Shown here in pieces: positions 45,109 through 53,635 of a stretch of DNA of 64,000 nucleotides. The stretch's first letter is position 1. Each line of letters starts with the position of its first letter. The stretch comes from an uncultured Enterobacteriaceae bacterium (lineage in GTDB: Bacteria; Pseudomonadota; Gammaproteobacteria; Burkholderiales; SG8-39). The DNA lies in NCBI GenBank assembly GCA_964612335.1, contig CAZTDU010000005.1:20729-84728 (forward strand). Direction: 5' to 3'. The notes under the pieces were generated by a model that saw only the letters and a program-made list of their open reading frames with translations, was not told the origin of the DNA and did not search any database. The translations under genes were made by a program, and so were the position numbers.

Positions 45109-46425
45109 TCAGCGCCCCCGCGAGCCGGCCAGCTCGCGTACGCGCGCGGCGATCGCCTCGCCGAGCATGGCGTTGCCCGCGTCGGTGTAGTGGCAGCAGT
45201 CGTCGACGTAGACGTCGCGCGAGGCGCGGCCGCGAAAGATGGCGGTTGCGTCCAGAACCGCGACGCCCGCGCGCGCGAGCTCCGGCGCCCTCGCGACGAG
45301 CTCCGGGTAGCCGGACTCAATGAGTGGAACCACCCATTTGTAGATGTGATCGCGCGCGATCGGCTCGTATTCGCCGGCTGCCGCCTTCCACCACTGGTTG
45401 GGCTGGATCACGTGCAGGTACAGGCTGCCGGCATCTCGCGCCTGCGCTGCCATGGCCCGCGACGCCGCGGCCCACTGCGCCGCGGTGTTGCGGTGGATCG
45501 CAGCCGCGTCGGCCGGCATCGGCGAGCGCGCGGCGGCAGGAAAGAGCGATCGCTTGTCCTCGCTGGCGCGAATGCCGGCTGCGAGCTTCTCGCCCCGGCT
45601 GCCGGAAAGGTCGGCGACCAGCCGGGCAGCCACGTAACAGGATGCGAGGCGGCACGATTCCGCCCTGGAACGCCACTCACGCGCGGCGATGCCGTAGTAC
45701 GCGGCGAGGTAGCGGGTGCCGGCATGCGGATGGTTCGGCGAACCCAGGCGCTCTATCTGCCGGCCCCAGGCGCCCCACAGTTCGTCAGACGGAAAGCTCG
45801 GCTCGACGCCGGAGGCCCAGTTGCGATGGCTGGTGACGATCTCGTTGAAGCCGTCGATGTTGAGCACCAGGTCGAAGTGCTGGCCGAGCGTCAGCGCGTA
45901 CGTGAGGGCATTCAACTGCTGGGGCTGCTTGAAGCCCGGCATGCCGAAGTTGAGGATGCGCACCCGCCTGCCTTCCCAGCCCGGGATGCGCGCGAGGAGC
46001 TCGCCGAACGCCGGCGACTTCTGCGTAGCCAGCGAGAACCCGCCGGCGACCGAGCCGCCGAACACGCCGACGATCAGCTCGCCGTTCTTCTTCGCCAGCG
46101 GAACGTCGCAGCAGCCTGGGTCGGCCTCGACGGCACTGGTCAGGACCTGGAAACCGAGGTTGTTGGTCGTCCACCAGCCGCCGCTGCGGCCGACGCGATG
46201 GATGAACGCGTAGTAGGGGTGGAACACTGCCTCGGCGGCGGTGTAGGGCTGGTCGGGCGCAGGCGCCACGCGACCAGCGACGTAGAACAGCGTCCCGTGC
46301 CGGTACAGGTAGATCGCGTTGGCCAGCAGTTCGATCGCCAGCGCGAGCCCGATCGCGCTGATTGCCGCTGCCGCGGCGACCAACCTAGCCTTTGTCACCC
46401 TGCCCGCCACGAGCACCCGAGGCAC
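45109..46425 (-). CDS. Membrane-anchored SGNH-hydrolase-like protein (subfamily B)
   Basis: VFGGSVAGG, NFGMPGFKQPQQ, LNIDGFNE, and VDDCCHYT (DxxH). N-terminal TM anchor. The start is ambiguous (ATG 46425 or GTG 46398). It overlaps the upstream gene end. Confidence 0.55.
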   Translation of the reverse strand: MPRVLVAGRVTKARLVAAAAAISAIGLALAIELLANAIYLYRHGTLFYVAGRVAPAPDQPYTAAEAVFHPYYAFIHRVGRSGGWWTTNNLGFQVLTSAVEADPGCCDVPLAKKNGELIVGVFGGSVAGGFSLATQKSPAFGELLARIPGWEGRRVRILNFGMPGFKQPQQLNALTYALTLGQHFDLVLNIDGFNEIVTSHRNWASGVEPSFPSDELWGAWGRQIERLGSPNHPHAGTRYLAAYYGIAAREWRSRAESCRLASCYVAARLVADLSGSRGEKLAAGIRASEDKRSLFPAAARSPMPADAAAIHRNTAAQWAAASRAMAAQARDAGSLYLHVIQPNQWWKAAAGEYEPIARDHIYKWVVPLIESGYPELVARAPELARAGVAVLDATAIFRGRASRDVYVDDCCHYTDAGNAMLGEAIAARVRELAGSRGR

Positions 46426-47488
46426 GCTGGATTAGCGGGCGGAGCAGTTCGGCCGTCAATGCGTGGCCTTCCGCACTGGGATGGCCCAGCACCCCGCCCT
46501 CGTCCAGCCACAAGCGCTCGAATCGACGCGGGTCGTCGCGATGGATCGCGTGCAGCGCGCCGTGAAGATCCAGCGTGGCATGGCCCGCCCTGCGAGCGCA
46601 CTCGACCACTTCTGCGCCGTACCAGTGGGGTTCCGGAACGGTCGACTCCTGCGCGCCCCACAGCATGACGACCACGACCTCGGCCCCATGCCTGGACCGG
46701 AAGTCCTTCAGGCGCTCCATCAGCGCGCAGGACACGCGCACGCCGTCCTTGTCCGACATCACGCGGTGGTACTGCCCGCCGTGGTCGATCCAGTAGGAAA
46801 TCAGCGGCGGGCGCGTCATTGTCCAGTGCACCAGGTACGAATGGCCGAGCAGCCTGCGCGCCAGGCCAAGGCTGCGGGACGAACCTTCGAGCCTCTGGAC
46901 CGGGACGCCGCGCAGCACCGCGCGCCCGCCTTCCAGCGCAAACCACGGCTTCGCGCCTCCGCCATAGACGTCGTAGCTGTTGCGGAAGCTGTCCTGCGCC
47001 AGGATGCCGACGATCAGCGCCGATGGCTTGACGACCGGCGCCAGAGCTTCGGCACGCAGCACCATCTGGTCTACGCCCCACGCGCCGGCGGCGGCATTCA
47101 GCACCGGGCGCCCTGCCAGGCGCTCGAGCTGGGCGGGCCAGGTCTCTGCATCCCGCACGCCGGAGCCGGCCGTGAACGAATCGCCGACCGCCAGGATCGC
47201 GCCCGCAGGCAATGCCGCGAGCGGGGGGCCATTCGTCCGTATGCCGTGCGGTCCGGTCGTCAAGCCCGAGCCAGGAGTGCCCGAACCCTCCTTCAGGCGC
47301 CAGCCGAGCTGCGGATCGAAGTCGAGCGCCCCGCTGTTGGTGCGCACCAGGTCGAGCGCCTGGGACAGGAAGTTCGTGCCGCTGAAAACCGGAACTCCGT
47401 TGGCGACGCGGAGTCCGACTTCGAGCACCAGGCACATGCTGGCGACAGTCGCCGCCGCCAGTGCGATGTTCTGCAGCGCGCGCTTCAT
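46385..47488 (-). CDS. Membrane-anchored SGNH/GDSL hydrolase (subfamily A)
   Basis: MKRALQNIALAAATVASMCLVL (anchor), ILAVGDSFTAGSGV, and NAAAGAWGVDQ. A clear paralogue of 35886..37220. Confidence 0.7.
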   Translation of the reverse strand: MKRALQNIALAAATVASMCLVLEVGLRVANGVPVFSGTNFLSQALDLVRTNSGALDFDPQLGWRLKEGSGTPGSGLTTGPHGIRTNGPPLAALPAGAILAVGDSFTAGSGVRDAETWPAQLERLAGRPVLNAAAGAWGVDQMVLRAEALAPVVKPSALIVGILAQDSFRNSYDVYGGGAKPWFALEGGRAVLRGVPVQRLEGSSRSLGLARRLLGHSYLVHWTMTRPPLISYWIDHGGQYHRVMSDKDGVRVSCALMERLKDFRSRHGAEVVVVMLWGAQESTVPEPHWYGAEVVECARRAGHATLDLHGALHAIHRDDPRRFERLWLDEGGVLGHPSAEGHALTAELLRPLIQRASGARGGQGDKG

Positions 47489-47534
47489 CGCCGAGCCGGA
47501 CGTGCCCGCGGCCGGGACGCGCAGGCGCGGATGC

Positions 47535-48251
47535 TCACGCCCTTGTCATCATCATGATGCCGTTCGCCAGCGGCAGCGCGATGCGCTGGTAGTCGTTGCG
47601 CGTCGCGGCGTAGTCGAGGAAGGCCCTGGTGCCGGCGCCTTTCTCGTTGGTCGGCTTCGCGTTCACGACGTCGCCGTGGAAGAAGCAGTCGTCCACCAGC
47701 GAGATGCCGCGCGGCGACAGCAGCGGCTCGGTCATGACGAAGTAGTCCTTGTAGCGCTCCTTGTTGCCGTCGATGAAGATCATGTCGAACTTGCGGTCCT
47801 TCGGCAGCTTCTCGATGATCTCGAACGCGTCGCCCTCGTGCAGCGTGATGCGCTTGTCCAGGCCGTTCGCGGCGAAGTTGCGGCGCGCGATGGCCGCGAA
47901 GTGGTCGAACTTCTCGATGGTGACGACTTCGCCGCCCTCGGGCAGGGCCCTGGCGAAGTACATGGCCGAAACGCCGATGAACGCGCCGATCTCGAGCACG
48001 CGCTTCACGCCGGAGACCTGGATCAGGAACTGCAGGAATCGCAGGCTGACCGGGTTCGAGGCCATCTCCTCGACCGTGAACTTGTCGGTCTTCTCGAGCT
48101 TGAACTCCTGGTCGGGGCTGAGGATGCCGCTCGAGCGGCAGATGGTGTCGTACAGGCCGGAGACGTAGTCGCCGCCGTCCTTGTAGTGGTAAGTGTGCTC
48201 CTTCTGGTCGGGAAGGAGCTTGTCGCAGAAGCGCACGGGCGTGGTGGTCAT
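47535..48251 (-). CDS. Family 3 (caffeoyl-CoA/cation-dependent type) O-methyltransferase
   Basis: VLEIGAFIGVSAMYFA, VVTIEKFDH, and FDMIFIDGNKERYKDYF. Confidence 0.8.
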   Translation of the reverse strand: MTTTPVRFCDKLLPDQKEHTYHYKDGGDYVSGLYDTICRSSGILSPDQEFKLEKTDKFTVEEMASNPVSLRFLQFLIQVSGVKRVLEIGAFIGVSAMYFARALPEGGEVVTIEKFDHFAAIARRNFAANGLDKRITLHEGDAFEIIEKLPKDRKFDMIFIDGNKERYKDYFVMTEPLLSPRGISLVDDCFFHGDVVNAKPTNEKGAGTRAFLDYAATRNDYQRIALPLANGIMMMTRA

Positions 48252-48270
48252 GGTTCTTTCCGGGGTGAAT

Positions 48271-49434
48271 TCAGACGATCGATTTCTGGTAACAGCCTTC
48301 GCAGATCCTGGGCAGCCTGCCCTGCAGGTGCGCCTCGCGGAACGCCGCGTATTCGCTGCCGTGCCAGACGTCGGTGAACGTGCGCGTGTCGCCCAGGCCG
48401 CCGTCGACCTGGTAGACGTCCGGGTTGCCGATGTAGCAGCAGGGGACGATGCGGCTGTCGGAGGATACGTAGGCGCGCTCGAACGGCCACGCGCAGAGCC
48501 TGTCGCGGTCGCCGAGCTGGTAGCGCTCGGTCGCGTTCCAGAAGCTCACCCGAACGCCGAGGCGCGCGCCCCGCTCGATCAGCGGCATCAGTTCCTCGGC
48601 GCCCAGCGCGCCTTCGGCAGTCGCGGCGTCGTTGCGCTCGCGCATGTCCTCCAGCCCCCAGTCGCTCAGCTCGAGGGAGAACACCTGGTTGGTGAAGCCG
48701 AGGTCGGCCGCCAGGTCGACCAGCGCCTCGAGCTGGTGGCGGTTCGAGCGCTGCACCACGGTCCACATCTTGGTGCGCTCGATGCCGAGCGACCGGCAGT
48801 AGGCATTGATCGTGCGGCAGTTCTCGGTGACGCGGCGGAACACCGAACCGACGCGGATGGCCTCGAACACCTCGGCGGTGGCGCCGTCGATCGATATCTG
48901 CAGCTCGTTGACGCCGCTGTCGATCAGGTGGCGGTAGTTGTCCTTCAGGTGCAGCAGGGACGCGTTGGTGGTGGTCCGCACCCAGATGTGCCGGGCGCGG
49001 GCGTAGCGGATCATGGCGAAGAAATCCTCGCGCTGCAGCAGCGGCTCGCCGATGCCCTGCAGCTTGATCTCGAGGAGGCCGTACTGGTCGTCGATCAGCT
49101 GCCGGAACGCTTCCAGCGGCATGTCTTCCGCGCGCTGGCCCTTGTTCCAGCCGGGCACCACGCACATGGTGCAGCGGAAGTTGCAGCGGCTGACGTTCTC
49201 GATGTCCAGCTTGATCGGCAGGTAGTCGACCGTTGCCGACCGGCGGCGCGACGCGAGGTAGCGCTCGTAGTTCTCGCGCTTGCGCGGGTCGGAGGCCAGC
49301 GCGAGCTCGCGCTCGCGCGCATAGGCGGCGGCGCCGGCGGCAGGCTCGGGCGCGGGCAGCGCGCGCAGCGCCCGGCGGCGCCGCTCCGCGGCGGCGTCCT
49401 GGGGTGCTGACGGGGCGTGGATCGCGCCGCCCAC
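48271..49434 (-). CDS. Radical SAM enzyme with C-terminal SPASM-type domain
   Basis: CNFRCTMC (CxxxCxxC), GIGEPLL, and the C-terminal Cys pattern CAWPF..VPCCYIG..CEGCY. The N-terminal limit is uncertain. Confidence 0.8.
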   Translation of the reverse strand: MGGAIHAPSAPQDAAAERRRRALRALPAPEPAAGAAAYARERELALASDPRKRENYERYLASRRRSATVDYLPIKLDIENVSRCNFRCTMCVVPGWNKGQRAEDMPLEAFRQLIDDQYGLLEIKLQGIGEPLLQREDFFAMIRYARARHIWVRTTTNASLLHLKDNYRHLIDSGVNELQISIDGATAEVFEAIRVGSVFRRVTENCRTINAYCRSLGIERTKMWTVVQRSNRHQLEALVDLAADLGFTNQVFSLELSDWGLEDMRERNDAATAEGALGAEELMPLIERGARLGVRVSFWNATERYQLGDRDRLCAWPFERAYVSSDSRIVPCCYIGNPDVYQVDGGLGDTRTFTDVWHGSEYAAFREAHLQGRLPRICEGCYQKSIV

Positions 49435-49438
49435 GGGA

Positions 49439-50218
49439 TCAGAGCACGCCGTCCGGCGCGTTCTTGTCCAGGTACACGATGTAGGAGCGGCCCCACCAGC
49501 CGATGTCCAGGTGCCGGAGGAACTTCCAGCGCGTGGTCTTCTGGTATTCCAGGAACGCGCGGGCCACCCCCTTGCTGGGCGAGCCCTTGTAGCCCGCGAA
49601 CAGGTCGTCGACGTAGATGACGGTGCCTTCCTGCAGCAGCGGCTCGAGGAACCTGAACACCGGCACCGCGGATTCGTAGAGGTCGCAGTCGATGTTCACC
49701 AGCATCGCCTTGCGCCCGGACTCGACGAGCTCCTTCTGCAGGCCCGCGGTGAGGCTCTCGGAGTAGAAACCCTTGACCGTGCGCACGTTGTCCACGTAGT
49801 GCCCCTGCTCGCGCACCATGCGCATGAACTCGTCCTCTGCGGTGGTCAGCGCACCGCGCTTCCAGATCTCGACGCTGGTGTCGGAGGTCGGCTCGGGCAG
49901 GCCCTCGAAGCTGTCGAAGGCGAGGAACTTCATGCTCGAAAGGTTGTGGCGGCGCGCCTCGGTGAGCGACATGCGGAACGTCCTGCAGCGATGGCAGCCG
50001 AACTCGTAGTAGTCGCCGACGACGCGGTTGTCGGTGAGAAAATCGTAGGTACGGCGGAAGAAGAGCGCCTTCTCGGTCTGGCGGTTCGCCTGGTTGTAGG
50101 AGATCTCGTCCTCGCGTCCCCACGCCGCGAGCGCGCGCGCGTCCGGGAGCACCACCCAGGGCTCGCCCTGCATGCCTTCGATGCCGGCGATCGGCGAGGG
50201 TTTCTTTGCGTTTGCCAT
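49439..50218 (-). CDS. TylF/MycF-family (macrocin-type) sugar O-methyltransferase
   Basis: GDYYEFGCHRCRTF, AFDSFEGLP, and NIDCDLYESAVPVF are typical TylF blocks. Confidence 0.75.
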   Translation of the reverse strand: MANAKKPSPIAGIEGMQGEPWVVLPDARALAAWGREDEISYNQANRQTEKALFFRRTYDFLTDNRVVGDYYEFGCHRCRTFRMSLTEARRHNLSSMKFLAFDSFEGLPEPTSDTSVEIWKRGALTTAEDEFMRMVREQGHYVDNVRTVKGFYSESLTAGLQKELVESGRKAMLVNIDCDLYESAVPVFRFLEPLLQEGTVIYVDDLFAGYKGSPSKGVARAFLEYQKTTRWKFLRHLDIGWWGRSYIVYLDKNAPDGVL

Positions 50219-50284
50219 GCCTGGTTCCTCTCTGCTTTCCGCTTGCGCGTCGGTTGGGATTGTAATGCCGTACCCGGTGCCGCC

Positions 50285-51469
50285 TCAGGACCTGAGCTTC
50301 TCCGCCACGCCCATGGCGTGGTCGATGGTGTCGTCGATGTCGACGTTGTAAAGGTAGCTTCCCGCCCGCCCGATGGAGAAGACGCCGTCCGGCATCAGGT
50401 CGAAGTAGCGCTTGGCCTTCGCCTTCTCCGACTCGAAAGGCATCGGGTAGTACTTGCTCTTCGACGACGGGATCTCGATGGTGATGAGCGTCGTCGGCGC
50501 CTTGTGCAGGGTGAACTTCTTGTACTCGACGATGCGCGTGTACTTCTCGGCCCCGGCGTAGTAGATGAAGTACACGTCCGGCGGCAGCGCAAACTCCACC
50601 GGGAGCACGACCGGGATCAGGTCGCGGCCCACGTAGGGCAGTTCGCCGTAGCACGACTCGAAAAGGTAGTCGGGCGAGATGGTGTTGACGATGATGTCGA
50701 AGCGCTTCTTCTCGCCGGCGATGACCACCGTCTTCTTCGGGATGTCGTACTTCTCGATCCGGGTGCCGAGGTGCACCTTGATGCCCGCCGTGGCGATCTT
50801 GAAGTAGTCGTCGTAGCCGTTGTGGGCGATCGGGTAGGCGCTGATGGCGGTGTCCCAGGCCGCGCGCGGCCCCTCCTTGATGGTGACGCCCTTGGGCGAC
50901 CACGTGAAATCGTCGATCTTCCTGTTGTCGTCGATGAGCCACATCTTCTTCGAGTACTCGTTGACGAACTTCTGGTACAGCGTTTTGCCGATCGAGTAGA
51001 TCCAGTACTCCTCGAAATCCTTTGCCTGGGAAGCCTTGTTCAGGCGCATCAGCTCGCCCGGCTTCAGGGCGGCGACCGCCTCCGGCGACATCCCGGCGAG
51101 CGCGCCCACGCTGAGGGCATTCAGCTCCTCCTGGATCTGGCGCGCCTCGGGCATCTTCGGCAGGTCGTCGCGGTGGATCGGGTATCCGTAGAAGGTGCCG
51201 TCGCTCTCCACGTAGGTGAGGAACTGGTGCTCGGCGCAGCGCCGCATCGGGCAGTAGGTGTTGAGGTAGTGGAAGATGTGTTCCTTCGGCGTAAGGAAGT
51301 GCCGCGGCCCGAAGGTGTAAGGGTGCCCGCCCAGGTAGCGGGTCTTGACGCCGGCGCCGAGGAACGGCGCAGCCTCGACCAGGGTCACGTCCCAGCCGCC
51401 CATCAGCGAAAGCTGATGCGCGCTGGCGCAGCCGGCGAACCCGCCGCCGATGATCAATGCAGTCTTCAT
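50285..51469 (-). CDS. UDP-galactopyranose mutase-like flavoenzyme (nucleotide-sugar pyranose/furanose mutase candidate)
   Basis: FAD fingerprint ALIIGGGFAGCASA, NEYSKKMW, and the C-terminal GRAGSYLYNVDIDDTIDHAM (compare Glf GRxGxYxYxDMD). The substrate is unknown. Confidence 0.7.
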   Translation of the reverse strand: MKTALIIGGGFAGCASAHQLSLMGGWDVTLVEAAPFLGAGVKTRYLGGHPYTFGPRHFLTPKEHIFHYLNTYCPMRRCAEHQFLTYVESDGTFYGYPIHRDDLPKMPEARQIQEELNALSVGALAGMSPEAVAALKPGELMRLNKASQAKDFEEYWIYSIGKTLYQKFVNEYSKKMWLIDDNRKIDDFTWSPKGVTIKEGPRAAWDTAISAYPIAHNGYDDYFKIATAGIKVHLGTRIEKYDIPKKTVVIAGEKKRFDIIVNTISPDYLFESCYGELPYVGRDLIPVVLPVEFALPPDVYFIYYAGAEKYTRIVEYKKFTLHKAPTTLITIEIPSSKSKYYPMPFESEKAKAKRYFDLMPDGVFSIGRAGSYLYNVDIDDTIDHAMGVAEKLRS

Positions 51470-51482
51470 GTTTCGCAGTCCC

Positions 51483-52355
51483 TCATGCTTGTCGGGCGAG
51501 TTGCAGCCCCTGATCGAGGCTGGTGTAGCGGAAATCGGGAAACGCGGAACGGCATCCCGATACGTCGAATGGCCGCAGCCCGTTGTGGGGCATGGGTCCG
51601 GTGCGCGGGCTGCCCTTGATGGCCACCACCTTGCCCGACAGTTTCACGACCTTCTCGGCGATGCTGCGGAACGAGTGGACCTCGCCGGTCGCGACGTTCA
51701 GCTCGCCCTCGCTGCGGCGCATCAGCACCCGGGCGGCGAGCTCGGCGACGTCGTCGATGTAGACATGGTCGCGCTGTTCCTCGCCTTCGCCAAAGAGCAC
51801 GATGTCCTCGCCCTTCTCCGCGAGGCGACGGAAGCGGTTGGGCCCGTAGCCGTTGTGGGGATCCTGCGCGCCGTACAGCAGGCTGGGCCGCAGCATCGCG
51901 ATCGGCGCCTTCACTTCGGCGCGGAACATCACTTCGCGCGCCAGATGCATCACGCCATGCAGGCTGCCGGGCGCCGCGCAGGATGCCTCGGTCAGCGGCG
52001 CGGCGCTGTCGGCGTACACCGCATCGGAGCTGATGTTGACGACGTGCGAAAGGGAGGCGGAAGCGGCCGCCTGGACCATCGCCCGCGCGATGACCATGTT
52101 CTGCACCAGCATCGCGCTGTCCTTGCACGGCGCGATCGCGGACACCGCGACGAAGGCATCGCCGTCGCGCAGCAGCGCGGCGAGGCGGCCGGACGCATCC
52201 GGCGAGAGGAGATCCACGTCCCGGCGCCCCAGCGCCAGCACATCCACGCCGTCGCGCGCCAGCCGCCGCCGGATCGCACCGCCGACGAAGCTGCCGGCGC
52301 CCATGATCACCACGCGGCGCGGTGCAACGGGCGCGGGGGTCAGGTGCTTCAGCAT
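51483..52355 (-). CDS. Extended-SDR-fold NAD-binding protein with atypical active-site region
   Basis: Starts at MLKHLTP. Rossmann VVIMGAGSFVGGAI and ISSDAVY. At the position where paralogues have YGxSK, this protein reads HGVMH (by-eye alignment). Confidence 0.7.
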   Translation of the reverse strand: MLKHLTPAPVAPRRVVIMGAGSFVGGAIRRRLARDGVDVLALGRRDVDLLSPDASGRLAALLRDGDAFVAVSAIAPCKDSAMLVQNMVIARAMVQAAASASLSHVVNISSDAVYADSAAPLTEASCAAPGSLHGVMHLAREVMFRAEVKAPIAMLRPSLLYGAQDPHNGYGPNRFRRLAEKGEDIVLFGEGEEQRDHVYIDDVAELAARVLMRRSEGELNVATGEVHSFRSIAEKVVKLSGKVVAIKGSPRTGPMPHNGLRPFDVSGCRSAFPDFRYTSLDQGLQLARQA

Positions 52356-53635
52356 GCGCCGCGCACCGTGGCGCGCCCCAGCGTATGCATGTCCAGGCCC
52401 GCGGCTGCGGCCAGCTTGAGGTCGAGCACGGAATACGGATCGAGCACGGTGCGCCCTTTCATGACGTTGGCAATCTCCTGCGGCGGGATCCGGCGATACT
52501 GCGGCCACGGCGTGAGGATCATCAGCGCATCCGCGCCGCGCGCCGCATCGAGCGCCTCGGGCAGCGCGGTGAGGTGCGCGTGCCGGACCGCGGAGGCCGG
52601 GACCACCGGATCGTGCACGCGCAGCGCGACGTCCGGCAGCGCGGCGATGGTCGCGACGGACGGCGAATTCTTCACCGAGTGCGTGTTTTCCTTGTACGCC
52701 AGCCCCCAGACCGCGACGACGGCACCGGGGTTGTCTCGCAGCACGGCCTCGCGCAGCGTGCGCGCCGCCCAGCCCTTGCGATGGGCGCTGTTGGCAACCC
52801 ACGCCTTGACGACGCCGGCGTCGGTTCCCTGTGCATCGGCGAACCGGATGACGGTGGCGAGGTCGCGCTCGAGGTTGCCCCCCGCGATGCCGAGGCCAGG
52901 GGCCAGGTACGCGTACTGGCCGATGCGCCGGTCGAGCTTGAGGGCCGGGACGATCTCGGCCCAGTCGGCGCCGATCTTCTCGCACAGCTCGGCCAGCGTG
53001 TTGGCCGTGCTGACGGACGCGACCAGGCACATGTTGATCGAGATCTTGGCAAGCTCGGCGCTCTCGAAGCGCATCGGCAGCACCGGGCAGCCGTGCGCGG
53101 CGAGGAAGGCGGCATACGACGGCGGCAACGGCGCCGCGGGGTCGGCGCAGCCGACGATGTAGCGCTCGGGCTGCAGCGCCCTTTCCACCGCGCGGCCGAA
53201 GACGAGCGTCTCGACCTGGTAGATGATCGTGCGGCCCGCGCGCTGCCGGCTGCGCGTGAATCCCGGGGGAACCTGCGACAGGACCACGATGACCGCGTCG
53301 TGTCGCGTCGCGCCCAGAACCAGCTCAAGCAGGTCGCCGATCGGACCGAGGTCGCTGCGCCCCGCGTCGTCGGTCGGGACGTCCGGCGCCACATAGACGA
53401 CGTCGCAGGCCGACAGTTCTGCCGCGCTCGCGGCGAAGGAAAGGCGCGCCGCGTTTCGCGCGACAAGCTCGTCCAGTTGCGGCTCGGAGACTGGGAGTTC
53501 GGCCCTGCGCAATGCATCGATCCGGGCGCCATCCGGGTCGAAGCAGACGGTGCGAAAGCCCTTCTCGGCTGCGCAGACGCCGGACACCAGGCCCAGGTGG
53601 GTCATGCCCGCGAATCCGATCACCGGGTTCGTCAT
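52349..53635 (-). CDS. UDP-glucose/GDP-mannose dehydrogenase-family protein (catalytic Cys apparently replaced)
   Basis: Starts at MTNPVIGFAGMTHLGLV (Rossmann). ESAELAKISINMCLV, LDRRIG.., and GLAYKENT. The canonical GGSC(F/L)PKD loop reads IAGGNLERD. Confidence 0.8.
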   Translation of the reverse strand: MTNPVIGFAGMTHLGLVSGVCAAEKGFRTVCFDPDGARIDALRRAELPVSEPQLDELVARNAARLSFAASAAELSACDVVYVAPDVPTDDAGRSDLGPIGDLLELVLGATRHDAVIVVLSQVPPGFTRSRQRAGRTIIYQVETLVFGRAVERALQPERYIVGCADPAAPLPPSYAAFLAAHGCPVLPMRFESAELAKISINMCLVASVSTANTLAELCEKIGADWAEIVPALKLDRRIGQYAYLAPGLGIAGGNLERDLATVIRFADAQGTDAGVVKAWVANSAHRKGWAARTLREAVLRDNPGAVVAVWGLAYKENTHSVKNSPSVATIAALPDVALRVHDPVVPASAVRHAHLTALPEALDAARGADALMILTPWPQYRRIPPQEIANVMKGRTVLDPYSVLDLKLAAAAGLDMHTLGRATVRGAC

